The position numbers and the translations under genes are program-made. Below the pieces are notes generated by a model, which worked only from the letters and a program-made list of their open reading frames with translations, was not told the origin of the DNA and ran no database searches. From Syntrophorhabdaceae bacterium (GTDB lineage Bacteria; Desulfobacterota; Syntrophorhabdia; Syntrophorhabdales; Syntrophorhabdaceae), in contig CAXXUO010000003.1 of assembly GCA_963666485.2 (NCBI GenBank), forward strand, positions 160,001 to 224,000: a DNA stretch of 64,000 nucleotides. The letters run 5' to 3'. This document shows, piece by piece, positions 41,230 to 51,701 of this stretch (the first letter of the stretch is position 1; the number at the start of each line of letters is the position of its first letter).

Positions 41230-42009
41230 ATGAACGACAATAGAAAAAGCCCCAGCGGTAACACGTCACTTGTCTTGTATAATCAATCGAATGGTGTTTG
41301 TCCGATATGCGGTCGACCTTTGATGTATGAAAAAAGTGGCCGCAAGCACAAAGGTTTTCAAGCAGCGCATATATATCCTAATAGTCCAACGAAGGCAGAA
41401 GAGGAGCTCCTCAAGGATGAAGAACGATTAAGTTTAGATGTCAATCATGAGGCCAACTTAGTCCCGTTGTGCCTTGTTTGCCATGGAAGGTTTGACAAAC
41501 CACGCACAGTGCCTGAATACAGAGAGCTAGTGTCTGTAAAGAAAACACTGCAGAAGCAGGCAGAAGAAAGGGAATTGTGGTATGAATACAATCTTGAAAG
41601 CGATATTCGTCAGATTATTGAAACATTGAGTAATCTTGAAGAAACAGATGATGAATGTAAATCTCAATTTTCATATGATGTCAGGAAAGTTGACCAAAAA
41701 ACAGATGCTTCACTTTCCAACCTCACTAAACAAAAAATCAAAACCAATGTTCGTTATTATTTTAATGAGGTAAGGAAAACGTTTGCTGCCGTAGATTCAG
41801 AGAAGCTAAATACTGCTAATATCATCGCATCTCAAGTTAAGATATATTATTTAAAACAAAAGCAGAAAAAATTTAGCCAACAAGAAATATATGATAATTG
41901 CGTAAAATGGATTGATGCTAAGACAAAACATCGGTCTTCCGACGCGTGCGAAATCATTGTCTCGTTCTTTATACAGAATTGCGAGGTATTTGATGATAAC
42001 CCCAAGTAA
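41230..42009 (+). CDS. HNH endonuclease fused to an ABC three-component C-terminal domain (Lamassu LmuA-like effector)
   Basis: CPIC...AAHIYP...NLVPLCLVCH...D HNH motif; ends IIVSFFIQNCEVF. Confidence 0.8.
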   Translation: MNDNRKSPSGNTSLVLYNQSNGVCPICGRPLMYEKSGRKHKGFQAAHIYPNSPTKAEEELLKDEERLSLDVNHEANLVPLCLVCHGRFDKPRTVPEYRELVSVKKTLQKQAEERELWYEYNLESDIRQIIETLSNLEETDDECKSQFSYDVRKVDQKTDASLSNLTKQKIKTNVRYYFNEVRKTFAAVDSEKLNTANIIASQVKIYYLKQKQKKFSQQEIYDNCVKWIDAKTKHRSSDACEIIVSFFIQNCEVFDDNPK

Positions 42010-42235
42010 GTTCACTCCCTTAGAAAAATCCGTAATTTTCAAAATGATTTATCTATTGGAACCTGAATTTCACGGTAAGGAGATGAAAATCGTTGAATTG
42101 TATCGGAAGGTTGAAAAGAAATTTACTGGCATAGACGAATTCATATACTCAATTGATATTCTGTATATTCTAGGTTATGCCGATGTTGATTTTGCCAGAG
42201 GAGTGTTGAGGTATGCTCACAGAGATAATATGTGA
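41993..42235 (+). CDS. ABC three-component middle component (LmuC-like)
   Basis: MITPSKF...ELYRKV...EFIYSIDILYILG, 80 aa, overlapping both neighbours. Confidence 0.75.
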   Translation: MITPSKFTPLEKSVIFKMIYLLEPEFHGKEMKIVELYRKVEKKFTGIDEFIYSIDILYILGYADVDFARGVLRYAHRDNM

Positions 42236-43820
42236 TAAGTTCAGAACCAAGAAGATTACATTTCACGACAGCCTCAATGTGATTCTTGGGGACGAACGAG
42301 CAACTAATTCGATTGGCAAGTCAACCCTACTCATGATTATTGATTTCGTTTTTGGTGGTAAGACTCTGCTAACGTACAATATTGATATCATTAATGAACT
42401 AGGTCATCATGAGTATTGTTTTGCTTTCACATTTGGAGAAACAGTGCGTAAGTTTAAGCGGAGTACTCAGGATGGAGACTTGGTTTACCAGTGTGACGAA
42501 GACTATACTCCAGTAGACTCTATCAGATTGGACGATTATACTGCGTTACTAAAAACAATGTACGGAATTTCCCTGCCTTACCTGTCATTCAGAGCGGCGG
42601 TGAGTCTGTTTTCTAGAATCTGGGGTAAGGGTAATATAAACGTAACTAGACCGTTGCATGCAATTGCGGCTCAAAGGAGCCTTGATGCCGTAAACAATCT
42701 AATAAAATTGTTCAACGAGTATTCGTCAATAGAGAAATTAACCATAGATGCCAAGGATGCGGATGAGTCATTGTCGGTGCTTAAGAAAGCTCTTAAACGT
42801 TCATATTTACCCAGGATATCAAGTCGACAGTATAACGACAACGTTGAACTTATTAATAGATGCAACAATGAGTTGTCGGAGATTCGGGATAATTTGGCTA
42901 GATTCGCTACGAATATTAAGGAGATTTCAAATAGAGAACTTGTGGATTTGAAACAAAAGAAAGACGATTTGTTGCCCATAAAGCTAAAGCTGGAAAACAG
43001 ACTGAAACGAATTAAAAACAATCTAGACGAGGGAAAATATCTCAAAAGCAAACAGCTGTACAGATTAATGGAATTCTTTCCAAACATCAATATTAAAAGA
43101 CTCTCAGAGATTGAAGAATTTCATGCGGGGCTTAGTAAAATATTGAGGGACGAATTGCGAATTTCAGAAAAGAATCTTGCCCATCAGCTTGAAGACCTAA
43201 ATACTGCCCTTGACGGGATAGATAAAGAAATGGCGACCGTGCTATCATCGATAGACAATCCAAACGCTATCATTGATAGGGTCTATCATCTCACAAGCCT
43301 GATAAGGAGAGCTGAGAACGAGAATGGTCATTTTATTGAACGCGAAAAAGCACATGAACAAGCAGATGAATTACGCTCTCGGTTAAAAGGAGAAAGAACA
43401 GAAATTGTCTCATCCATCAGTGAACGACTGAATAGCAGAATGCGAGATATTACGTCGTTGGTTTATTCAGAGAAACGAAAAAGTCCTGTTCTCAAGTTGT
43501 CAGACGACAATTATGCATTTGAAGTGTATGAAGATACGGGTACTGGAAAGGCCTATTCTAACTTGGTTATTCTCGATTTAGCGGTATTGGAGATGACCGA
43601 GTTGCCTTTCCTCATTCACGATTCGCTTCTATTCAAAAATATCGAAAACAATGCAGTAAGCAATATCGTTCTAAGGTATGGAGACGAACAGAGACAGTCA
43701 TTCATTGCGATAGATGAAATTGGCAAATACGGTCAGATTATTTCTGATTATCTGAAACGAAAAAGTGTTATTGAACTGGACAATGATAACGTACTGTTCG
43801 TTAAAGATTGGAGGGTATGA
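42213..43820 (+). CDS. SMC-like ABC ATPase, DUF2326 type (LmuB-like)
   Basis: NSIGKST Walker A, long coiled coil, DTGTG signature, FLIHDS Walker B. Confidence 0.85.
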   Translation: MLTEIICDKFRTKKITFHDSLNVILGDERATNSIGKSTLLMIIDFVFGGKTLLTYNIDIINELGHHEYCFAFTFGETVRKFKRSTQDGDLVYQCDEDYTPVDSIRLDDYTALLKTMYGISLPYLSFRAAVSLFSRIWGKGNINVTRPLHAIAAQRSLDAVNNLIKLFNEYSSIEKLTIDAKDADESLSVLKKALKRSYLPRISSRQYNDNVELINRCNNELSEIRDNLARFATNIKEISNRELVDLKQKKDDLLPIKLKLENRLKRIKNNLDEGKYLKSKQLYRLMEFFPNINIKRLSEIEEFHAGLSKILRDELRISEKNLAHQLEDLNTALDGIDKEMATVLSSIDNPNAIIDRVYHLTSLIRRAENENGHFIEREKAHEQADELRSRLKGERTEIVSSISERLNSRMRDITSLVYSEKRKSPVLKLSDDNYAFEVYEDTGTGKAYSNLVILDLAVLEMTELPFLIHDSLLFKNIENNAVSNIVLRYGDEQRQSFIAIDEIGKYGQIISDYLKRKSVIELDNDNVLFVKDWRV

Positions 43821-43912
43821 CCTTAGCCAAGGACACCAGAAAGTTAGGACTACGGCAATCCACCGATGGTTAACGTTCGGAACAATAATCTTGATGAAGG
43901 GATAAGGAAATT

Positions 43913-44764
43913 ATGAAGTCTACACGAAATGATGCGGATACCGTTAAGACGGTCGACAAGAGGTGGATATACGTGTCGTTTTCATGCGTAACTCTTCTCT
44001 GGGCAGCATCTTTATTGCTTATTCCGATATTCAAAGAGCACAATGAACGAGGCGCTTTCGGAGATATGTTTGGGGCAGTTAACGCTCTTTTTTCTGGTCT
44101 TGCCTTCGCTGGAATTATCATTAGTATTCTTCTGCAGAATAAGGAACTCAAGTTGCAGCGCGAGGAACTTGAACAAACAAGAGATGAACTGAAAGGTCAA
44201 AAGGAACAGCTCCAAAATCAAAATCTGACCATGAATCGACAAAGATTTGAAAATACTTTTTTTCAGTTACTCCGTAATCACCGAGATATCGTTAACAGCA
44301 TGGACATCAGGCGTAAGACTGAAGTCATATCAGCAGGTTCTGATTGTTTCAAGACATTCTATTCCGAATTCCTCAGCAGAACAGGCCCAACAAGTGACAT
44401 CGAGAGTGTATTAGGGGCATATTTAGAATTCTACTGGAAAAGGCAACAGGATTTAGGGCACTATTTCAGGAACCTGTATCACGTAGTTAGGTTTATAGAC
44501 GATTCGAAAGATATAGATAACGAAGAAAGATTCCTTTACTCACGTCTATTAAGGGCATTATTATCAAGTAATGAATTGGTGTTGCTTTTCTACAATGGTC
44601 TTAGCAAATTCGGAAGAGACAGTTTTAAGCCGTTAATCGAGAAGTATTCGCTTTTGAAAAATATGGAGGATTCATTATTAATATCTATGGCCCATAGGAA
44701 AGAATACAGTAAATTTGCCTTTGCGAGCTCCAGAGAACGAGCTGAATGGGGCAATGGCTCGTAG
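43913..44764 (+). CDS. Putative phage abortive infection protein (two TMs + coiled coil)
   Basis: GAFGDMFGAVNALFSGLAF...QRFENTFFQLL...GHYFRNLYH...RALLSSNELVLLFYN. Confidence 0.78.
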   Translation: MKSTRNDADTVKTVDKRWIYVSFSCVTLLWAASLLLIPIFKEHNERGAFGDMFGAVNALFSGLAFAGIIISILLQNKELKLQREELEQTRDELKGQKEQLQNQNLTMNRQRFENTFFQLLRNHRDIVNSMDIRRKTEVISAGSDCFKTFYSEFLSRTGPTSDIESVLGAYLEFYWKRQQDLGHYFRNLYHVVRFIDDSKDIDNEERFLYSRLLRALLSSNELVLLFYNGLSKFGRDSFKPLIEKYSLLKNMEDSLLISMAHRKEYSKFAFASSRERAEWGNGS

Positions 44765-44909
44765 TCTCAAAGTTTATCGCAATTCACCTTACAGGCATTT
44801 AACGAATAGTTACATGGAATAATAAGTACGCATTTTAGTACACACGATAGCGGGTGTGAGACTGACTGTCAAACGTGATGTTTTGAAAAGCTTAATAAGT
44901 TAAGGTGGT

Positions 44910-46268
44910 GATAACGTAAAATATTTTTCGCACATTTAAGAGCCATGGCAACCTCGAATCTGGTAGTGTTAAGCACCACACAAAACAAAAACCAGAGGGA
45001 GGAAGAACCATGGCCCAGAAAGAGTCTACCACAGAAGGCGGCACGATAATCCAGATTAATGAGGCGCAGATAAAGGACCACCTGGGAGAGATCGTAAGGG
45101 GAACGGTGCAGGAGACGCTCAATGCACTTCTCGATGAAGAGGCGTCCCGCCTGTGCAACGCACAGAGGTACGAGCGCACGGAGGAACGCAGGGACACACG
45201 GGCGGGCCATTATACCCGAACCCTCCAGACGAAGGCGGGGGAGGTGGACATCAAGATGCCCAAGCTGAGGTCGCTTCCCTTCGAGACCGCGATCATCGAA
45301 CGGTACAAAAGAAGGGAATCATCCGTGGAAGAGGCCCTCGTCGAGATGTACCTGGCCGGGGTGTCGGTAAGGAGGGTCGAGGACATCACGGAGGCCCTCT
45401 GGGGCACGAAGGTGAGCCCCGGCACCGTCTCGAACCTCAACGCAAAGATATACACCACGATCGAGCAGTGGAGATTAAGCCCCATCGAAGGTGAGCATCC
45501 CTACGTCTACCTCGACGGGATAGCGCTCAAGAGGACCTGGGGCGGGGAGGTCAGGAGCGTATCGGTCCTTGTAGCGATAGGGGTGAACCGCGAAGGCTAC
45601 CGGGAGATCCTGGGTGTGGCCGAGGGTGCGCGGGAGGACAAGGACAGCTGGACATCCTTCCTGCGCTACCTCAAAGAGCGCGGGCTCAAGGGTGTGGAGC
45701 TCTTCATATCCGACAAGTGCCTGGGCCTCGTCGAGAGTCTCGCCCTGTTCTACCCCGACGCCTCATGGCAGAGGTGCGTTGTCCACTTCTACCGGAACGT
45801 GTTCACCGTCGTGCCCAGGGGGAAGATCAAGGAGGTCGTCGCCATGCTCACGGCGATCCATGCCCAGGAGGACAGGAAAGAAGCGCAGAAGAAAGCGGAG
45901 GCGGTGGTGAAGAAGCTCAAGGAGATGAAACTCGGCAGGGCCGCGGACATGCTGAACGAGGGGATCCACGAGACGCTCGGCTATTACGGGTTCCCCCGCG
46001 AGCACTGGAGGAGGATCAGGACCAACAACCCCCTGGAGCGGATCATGAAGGAGATCAGACGGCGCACACGGGTCGTCGGGTCGTTCCCTGACGGCAGGTC
46101 GGCACTCATGCTCGTGGCTGCCCGGCTAAGGCACATAGCGGGAACCAAATGGGGAATGAGCCAGTACCTGAAAATGGACCGGCTTGAGCAGGAGATCATC
46201 GAGAGCATTAAGGCATAACCGGATTAGTGGGGTTGCTATGGAAAGTGCGAAAGATTCTTGACACTATC
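44910..46268 (+). mobile_element. IS256-family insertion sequence, copy 2 (1359 bp)
   Basis: Same termini as copy 1; 8-bp TSD AAGGTGGT at 44902-44909 and 46269-46276. Confidence 0.95.
45010..46218 (+). CDS. IS256-family transposase
   Basis: Protein identical to 18129-19337. Confidence 0.95.
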   Translation: MAQKESTTEGGTIIQINEAQIKDHLGEIVRGTVQETLNALLDEEASRLCNAQRYERTEERRDTRAGHYTRTLQTKAGEVDIKMPKLRSLPFETAIIERYKRRESSVEEALVEMYLAGVSVRRVEDITEALWGTKVSPGTVSNLNAKIYTTIEQWRLSPIEGEHPYVYLDGIALKRTWGGEVRSVSVLVAIGVNREGYREILGVAEGAREDKDSWTSFLRYLKERGLKGVELFISDKCLGLVESLALFYPDASWQRCVVHFYRNVFTVVPRGKIKEVVAMLTAIHAQEDRKEAQKKAEAVVKKLKEMKLGRAADMLNEGIHETLGYYGFPREHWRRIRTNNPLERIMKEIRRRTRVVGSFPDGRSALMLVAARLRHIAGTKWGMSQYLKMDRLEQEIIESIKA

Positions 46269-46529
46269 AAGGTGGTTAGCGGTCTGGCGGGATGCTATTC
46301 GGAGCGTCCTACTTCCTCCGCCATATTCCCCCAACAATGTCAAGCATAATGACTCTCCAAAATGTGTATCATTTGTGTATTTCTGCTGAGGGCTCATCCA
46401 AGAATAATTTATCTCAACGCTCCTTAAAATAAGTCTGTACTGACAATAAATCTTTTGAAAGTGTCCCAGTAAAATACATGGACAGATCCTCTTAGAAAGA
46501 TTATACTGAGCGCCGTTAATCTTACCGTT

Positions 46530-46800
46530 CTCGTCCGGCGCCCTGTCCGTCGACCAGAGACATTTTTGTCGTGTCGATTCAAAGCCGGGTGCTGTCGGTA
46601 TGCTGCAGCGGTTCAATGATATGGGGCTTGATCAGATTGTCGTCCATGACCAGGCAGTCATCATTACGGCATACCTCAGCTTCCTCTCTTGGCCAAGAAG
46701 GTCGAAGTCTGTCTTTCTGACGATCTTCTCGGGATTCTCCAATCCGACAGCACGTGCAAACTGCAAATTGCATCCCAGAGAATAATCCGTGCGCCTTGTG
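46530..46800 (-). pseudogene. PAS-domain remnant
   Basis: Across a frameshift and stop: LGCNLQFARAVGLENPEKIVRKTDFDL/WPREEAEVCRNDDCLVM...HIIEPLQ. Confidence 0.6.
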
Positions 46801-46844
46801 CTGCTTTTCTCTACAGCCAGGATATATACATGATTCCCTCATTG

Positions 46845-47009
46845 TCAATTATCGCCTGGTCCCTTCTCCGGATAAGGATCGCTTTCTTCCTTCTCTGGCA
46901 ACTTATTGCCCCAGTAGAGAATTCTTCGGCAACACGTGGCAACATAGCCCTTGCCAAATGGGATGACCGGCGCCATCCTGCCACATTTCGGACATTTAAT
47001 AGTTGCCAT
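46845..47009 (-). CDS. Cys-rich microprotein, copy 2 (54 aa)
   Basis: MATIKCPKC-GRMAPVIPFGKGYVAT-CCRRILYW...; not in the ORF track. Confidence 0.7.
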   Translation of the reverse strand: MATIKCPKCGRMAPVIPFGKGYVATCCRRILYWGNKLPEKEESDPYPEKGPGDN

Positions 47010-47253
47010 TTTCCCAGTCTATCACAAAAAGTCAGAAAGACAACGATAGGCTATTAATTTGATCGCGAAGATTACGATTCGCCCAACGTCCCCTATCCAT
47101 TGAAAAATGGTATGATATATATCCTGCAGTTCCATGCACGCCCGACAATAGGATCAAAAAATTACTCCGCCCCCCGATCACGGCTGATTCAACATGACAT
47201 CGATTAATTATTCGGGATAGTCCCTGTCATTGACAGACGGTTTCCCCGTGGGA

Positions 47254-47379
47254 TTATGCCCTTATATAACAAACCCCTACAAACCTACCCCCGAATGGGA
47301 CGATCGTGATATCACGGTTACACAACTGACAGGTAATGACGCCTTTTTCTTGTTCTTTTTGTCTGCAGTCCCACATCAT
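47254..47379 (-). CDS. Cys-rich microprotein, copy 3 (41 aa, possibly decayed)
   Basis: ITCQLC-NRDITIVPFGGRFVGV-CY; upstream region resembles that of copy 1. Confidence 0.55.
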   Translation of the reverse strand: MMWDCRQKEQEKGVITCQLCNRDITIVPFGGRFVGVCYIRA

Positions 47380-47537
47380 AACCCCCTGATCTAGAAAAAA
47401 GTATACCATTGCCCGGGGGTTGATAAAATCATGGGACATATATAATCTGATCGACATCGCTGCTTTTATTGCGAAAAAATACATATTTTCCGGTTATTAT
47501 GTTTCATATGTTTTGTAAAATGACAGGAACTCAGAAA

Positions 47538-47696
47538 TTAGTCGGACTCTTCTGCCTGATTCTCGACTTCCGCTGGCGGTTCTCTCATCTCGGATCTAAA
47601 ATATAACACGCAATTACAGCACGACGCCATATAACCGTGTTCGCACTTCTTAAGCGGGACTTCCCTCCCGCAATCGGGACATATGAAGTTGTGCAT
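47538..47696 (-). CDS. Cys-rich microprotein, copy 4 (52 aa)
   Basis: MHNFICPDC-GREVPLKKCEHGYMAS-CCNCVLYF...; GAGGAGG RBS; not in the ORF track. Confidence 0.7.
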   Translation of the reverse strand: MHNFICPDCGREVPLKKCEHGYMASCCNCVLYFRSEMREPPAEVENQAEESD

Positions 47697-47820
47697 AGAA
47701 GAACCTCCTCTTCGGTGAGGTAGATATAAAATGCCCGCGTCAGCCAGATGAGACCCGCTTTCCAGGATCGATCATACCATGACAACACGGGTGAAACCAT
47801 TTAAAGAATGATACGGTAAC

Positions 47821-50700
47821 TTATCCTTCCAGGACATCGCGGATGGCAACAGAAAGTTCGTGTCGGGTTAGGGGCTTCGTGAGAAATTGCTTTATACCGG
47901 CTTTTTTGACAACCTCGGGAGAGACGATCGGGCTGTGTCCGGTGCAGAGTATTATGGGGATATCCGGCCTAATTTCGAGACATTTTTTTGCGAGTTGCAT
48001 TCCCGACATTGTGGGCATAGCCTGATCCGTGATAACGAGATCAAAGTGAAGAGGGTTGGACGAAAACATCATTATCGCTTCATTAGGGTCATTTATCGCA
48101 GTAACATGATATCCTATCTTTTCGAGCGTAATCTGAGCCCATTGCACAAGCATATCCTCATCATCGATAAAGAGGATTTTTTCGGTGCCTGTCATTATCT
48201 GGCCAGGTACTCCATCTTTTGCTGCTTTCTCCTTTGCCTTGGGAAGAAAAACCCGAAACGTCGAACCGCCTCCAAGCTTACTCTCTATCGTTATCTCCCC
48301 CTGGAGATCGCTTACGATTCCATATACGACGGCTAATCCCATGCCTGTTCCTTCACCCTGTTCTCGCGTGGTAAAGAATGGTTCAAAGACACGCCTCATC
48401 ACTTCGGAGCTCATCCCTATTCCTGTGTCCTTCACCATAAGCTGGATATATTCTGCAGGCACAGTTTTGTCAACGACGGATGCATCGGACATCAGTCCGG
48501 CATCAGTCAGATGGATCTCCAGGACACCCCCCTTTTCTGACATCGCGAGAGAAGCATTTGTCGCCAAATTCATTACTATTTGTTGTATTTCTGTTGGGGC
48601 CGCACGCACCACATCGGATTCTGCCGTAGTCTTCAATGTTATCTCGATCGAGGCGGGGATAGAGGCTCTGATAAGCTTTACTGTTTCCTCAACGATGGGC
48701 CAGATTGCAATATGTGTTCTTTCATAGCTTGCCTTCCTCGAGAAAGCAAGGATCTGCTTCACTAGTTCCCGTGCCCGTATGGCTGATACTATGACGCGCT
48801 GAAGGTTTTTCTTAACCAACGGTCGGTCGGACACATCCTCTATAGACATCTCGGTAAAGCCGATGATGGCAGCTAGGATATTGTTGAAATCGTGGGCAAT
48901 GCCCCCGGCGAGAGTGCCTATGGCTTCCATCTTCTGGGACTGACGGAGATTCTCTTCAAGACGATGTTGTTCGTCTTCTGCCATCTTTCGGTCGATGATG
49001 TCCGCGGCCAGTCGGGCTAGGATGTCAATAACCCGCATTTCACGGGAAGAAGGAGTATGCACCTTTTGGAAATGTGTGGATAACATGCCCACAACATTGC
49101 CCCGTCGTGTGACCAACGGGGTTGACTGAACCGCGTGTATTCCTTCTTTCAACAATACCTCCAGAGCGGTATTGCTGAAGATATTGCTTTTTGAGACATC
49201 TTCTATGATTACCCGTTCCATGCGCCCTAGCGCCGTACCGCATGCAGCCTCTCCACCTTCAACAGAATCGAAAAATGTCAGAAAACGTTGGCTAAAGTAC
49301 CTGTGGGCCACTATCTTAAGCTCTTTCGAGGAAGGATCGAGAAGTTGCATGTTCCCTTTATCAGAATTCGTGATCGCTATGGCCGCATCCACTATTTCCT
49401 GGAAGAGAGACTCGGTAACCTCCCCTGCGAGATACTTTCTGCTTAATCCGTGAAGAAGATTGAAATCTTTGACCTCCGCATCAAGCAGCATGGTTCGTTC
49501 TTCAAGCTCAGCTGTTCGTTCCTTAACACGTTCTTCAAGAACATGCTCACTCTTTAATAGGGCCTCCTCCATTTTGGCGCGCTCAGTTACATCATTTGCG
49601 TATATACGAATTGACTCAAATTCCGAAATAAGCTGCACAGTTTCCGTATAGACCTTGTCATTAATAGAAATTTGGCGATAAAAGGTGCCTGATTCGCCTT
49701 TCTTCAATCGCTGAAGGAGATGATGTATATCCTCGGGGAGAAAAGGCGAGCAATCATCTCGATCCATTCCATTGCTTTCGAGAGTTTTTTGCGCCCCGAG
49801 ATTACAAAACATAACTTTACCAGATGACGCTATTTCTATCACAGGATTCGGATTGAATTTAGGGAATGAGGCAAGGCGTAAATTCCGACTTTCACTTGCT
49901 CGAAGAGCTTCCTGGGTATTCTTGAGGTCTGTAATATCGTTTCCGATGGCAAGGACCTCTACTAATTTACCCTTGTCATCAAATACCGGGTTATTCGTCC
50001 AGGATATCCACGCGCGGTTTCCATCCTTACATATATTTTCATTAATATTGTTGAGATACTGTTCCGGATATTCAGTAATATCCTGAACCAAGCGGGACAA
50101 ATCATTTCCGAGAGAATCCCGGTCCGGCACCAAGATACTCACACTCTTGCCGATCAATTCTCGTGGCTTATATCCAAAGAACATAAGGCCGTAGCGATTC
50201 ATGAAACTGATCTTGCCATCAGCTTTCCAGCGGACAATAACGCTATTAACATTTTCTACCAATTCGCGGTATTTCTTTGTGCTGCGCCTGAGACTTCTTT
50301 CGGCGCGTACACGACGCGTGATTTCATGCACGGTGAGAACGAACCCTGTGATTGCTTTATCACTTTGCACTGGATACCAGTACATATCCCAGTATCGTTT
50401 GATTTTAGGATCTACCGCATAATGGCCATTGAATTGATGGCGAACAGGCTTCCCCGTTTTAATAATCTGTCCAACAATCTTCTCTATTGCAGGGAATAAG
50501 TCCGGTACAAACTTGCTAACATGTTTACCTATATGGTCAGCAACGGGCCTTCCATCGAACTTGGCCAGCTCTTCGTTGATCAAGATATAATTCAAATTTC
50601 GATCTAAGCTCGCAAAACCAGCCGAAGTGTTTCCGAGTAATAGATCTAAGATCAAGGATTTGTGCATATTTACATTATCGGATTTACGGCCGGCCATCAA
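47821..50700 (-). CDS. PAS/GAF hybrid sensor histidine kinase
   Basis: PAS repeats, GAF (AVQSTPL), [18 protein letters not shown]. Confidence 0.9.
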   Translation of the reverse strand: MMAGRKSDNVNMHKSLILDLLLGNTSAGFASLDRNLNYILINEELAKFDGRPVADHIGKHVSKFVPDLFPAIEKIVGQIIKTGKPVRHQFNGHYAVDPKIKRYWDMYWYPVQSDKAITGFVLTVHEITRRVRAERSLRRSTKKYRELVENVNSVIVRWKADGKISFMNRYGLMFFGYKPRELIGKSVSILVPDRDSLGNDLSRLVQDITEYPEQYLNNINENICKDGNRAWISWTNNPVFDDKGKLVEVLAIGNDITDLKNTQEALRASESRNLRLASFPKFNPNPVIEIASSGKVMFCNLGAQKTLESNGMDRDDCSPFLPEDIHHLLQRLKKGESGTFYRQISINDKVYTETVQLISEFESIRIYANDVTERAKMEEALLKSEHVLEERVKERTAELEERTMLLDAEVKDFNLLHGLSRKYLAGEVTESLFQEIVDAAIAITNSDKGNMQLLDPSSKELKIVAHRYFSQRFLTFFDSVEGGEAACGTALGRMERVIIEDVSKSNIFSNTALEVLLKEGIHAVQSTPLVTRRGNVVGMLSTHFQKVHTPSSREMRVIDILARLAADIIDRKMAEDEQHRLEENLRQSQKMEAIGTLAGGIAHDFNNILAAIIGFTEMSIEDVSDRPLVKKNLQRVIVSAIRARELVKQILAFSRKASYERTHIAIWPIVEETVKLIRASIPASIEITLKTTAESDVVRAAPTEIQQIVMNLATNASLAMSEKGGVLEIHLTDAGLMSDASVVDKTVPAEYIQLMVKDTGIGMSSEVMRRVFEPFFTTREQGEGTGMGLAVVYGIVSDLQGEITIESKLGGGSTFRVFLPKAKEKAAKDGVPGQIMTGTEKILFIDDEDMLVQWAQITLEKIGYHVTAINDPNEAIMMFSSNPLHFDLVITDQAMPTMSGMQLAKKCLEIRPDIPIILCTGHSPIVSPEVVKKAGIKQFLTKPLTRHELSVAIRDVLEG

Positions 50701-50989
50701 TCGAACTCCATTGTCGGATCATGCATATCGTAAGATTATCCACAATTACAACAAACACTTATAATTGGAATTATACAATAGAATCTATTTGAATGCACAA
50801 AATGAAGTAGATTCTCTTTCTTAACGATTCCACGATGAGAGATCCCAGTTGGCATAGAGATATGTTTCATCATAGAGGTCCTTCGCCTATTCCAGGATAA
50901 GGCCGGGCAGGTCAGGCACATATACCACCCCGTCGCCCGTCCCTGCAAATGGAGGCCGTGTGACCGTCTCCAAACGATTATCGAGGGGT

Positions 50990-51353
50990 GTCACAGTAAA
51001 TTCACGCCGGGGCCATTGGAAGTAACAGGCAATGGAATGCAAAATTGATGACACGTCGCGATTACAGATATGCAGTAAATCGTCGGGAAAGCATTATATT
51101 TGTTAGTCAATCCCTATCACTTCGGAAATGCAGGACAATAACGAAGGGAAAAATACGAATCTATAAGGCTAATTCTTCCCTCATAGCCGCCGCGCCCGAT
51201 ATGTATGCGTTGTTGAATCACATCCGCCAAGGGTTATACATGGAAGCCTTTGCAAAATGCTTGAACAGAACCAATTTCGAGGCCAACGACTACGCATCCA
51301 AACAACCCGGAATTTCTGAAATTGACTTGGATATGGACCGCGTCGACAGCTGA
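50990..51353 (+). pseudogene. Phage-like gene remnant
   Basis: SKFTPGP and ANSSLIAAAPDMYALL motifs typical of a small phage protein family, separated by a stop. Confidence 0.4.
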
Positions 51354-51701
51354 CCGTCCCGCCATAACCAACCGGCAAGGCCCGTAATTGGCATTTGAAG
51401 GTGGGTATAATTAATGTCATCGTCGTGGCAGCGCGTCATCATCACCCGGCCATTTATAGACGCCGATAATTCCGCTATTGATTCTCCCTTCTATTCCCCC
51501 TGTTGCATCTTTCCATAGGGGGGGCGCCACCACCTACCCTGCCGGGTATCCCAAGATGCGTCAGAACACAAATGCGAGGGCCAAAGATAACATTGGCAAT
51601 GGAAAAAATAATAGATTTTGCCGCCTCATATTGCTATAATTCTTCTTCGCCAGTATCCGCTGGTATTCGTCGGTAAATACAATTCATTCTGGAGTTGAGT
51701 T

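Larger units (their letters stand above)
9641..51400. mobile_element. Composite genomic island/accretion zone starting at tRNA-Ser; right boundary not determined
   Basis: Integrase abutting the tRNA, further recombinases, tRNA 3' relics, IS256, defence genes, AT-rich blocks and pseudogenes; no tRNA-Ser attR copy spotted by eye. Confidence 0.6.

Noticed and set aside
18079..46268. Inverted IS256 pair as a composite transposon or inversion boundary
   Set aside because: Each copy has its own intact 8-bp TSD (GTATGGCG, AAGGTGGT), so they are independent insertions with no recombination between them.
47060..47160. Possible fifth microprotein copy (CRAC...IIPFFNG) on the minus strand
   Set aside because: Needs a frameshift, contains a stop and lacks the CC pair.
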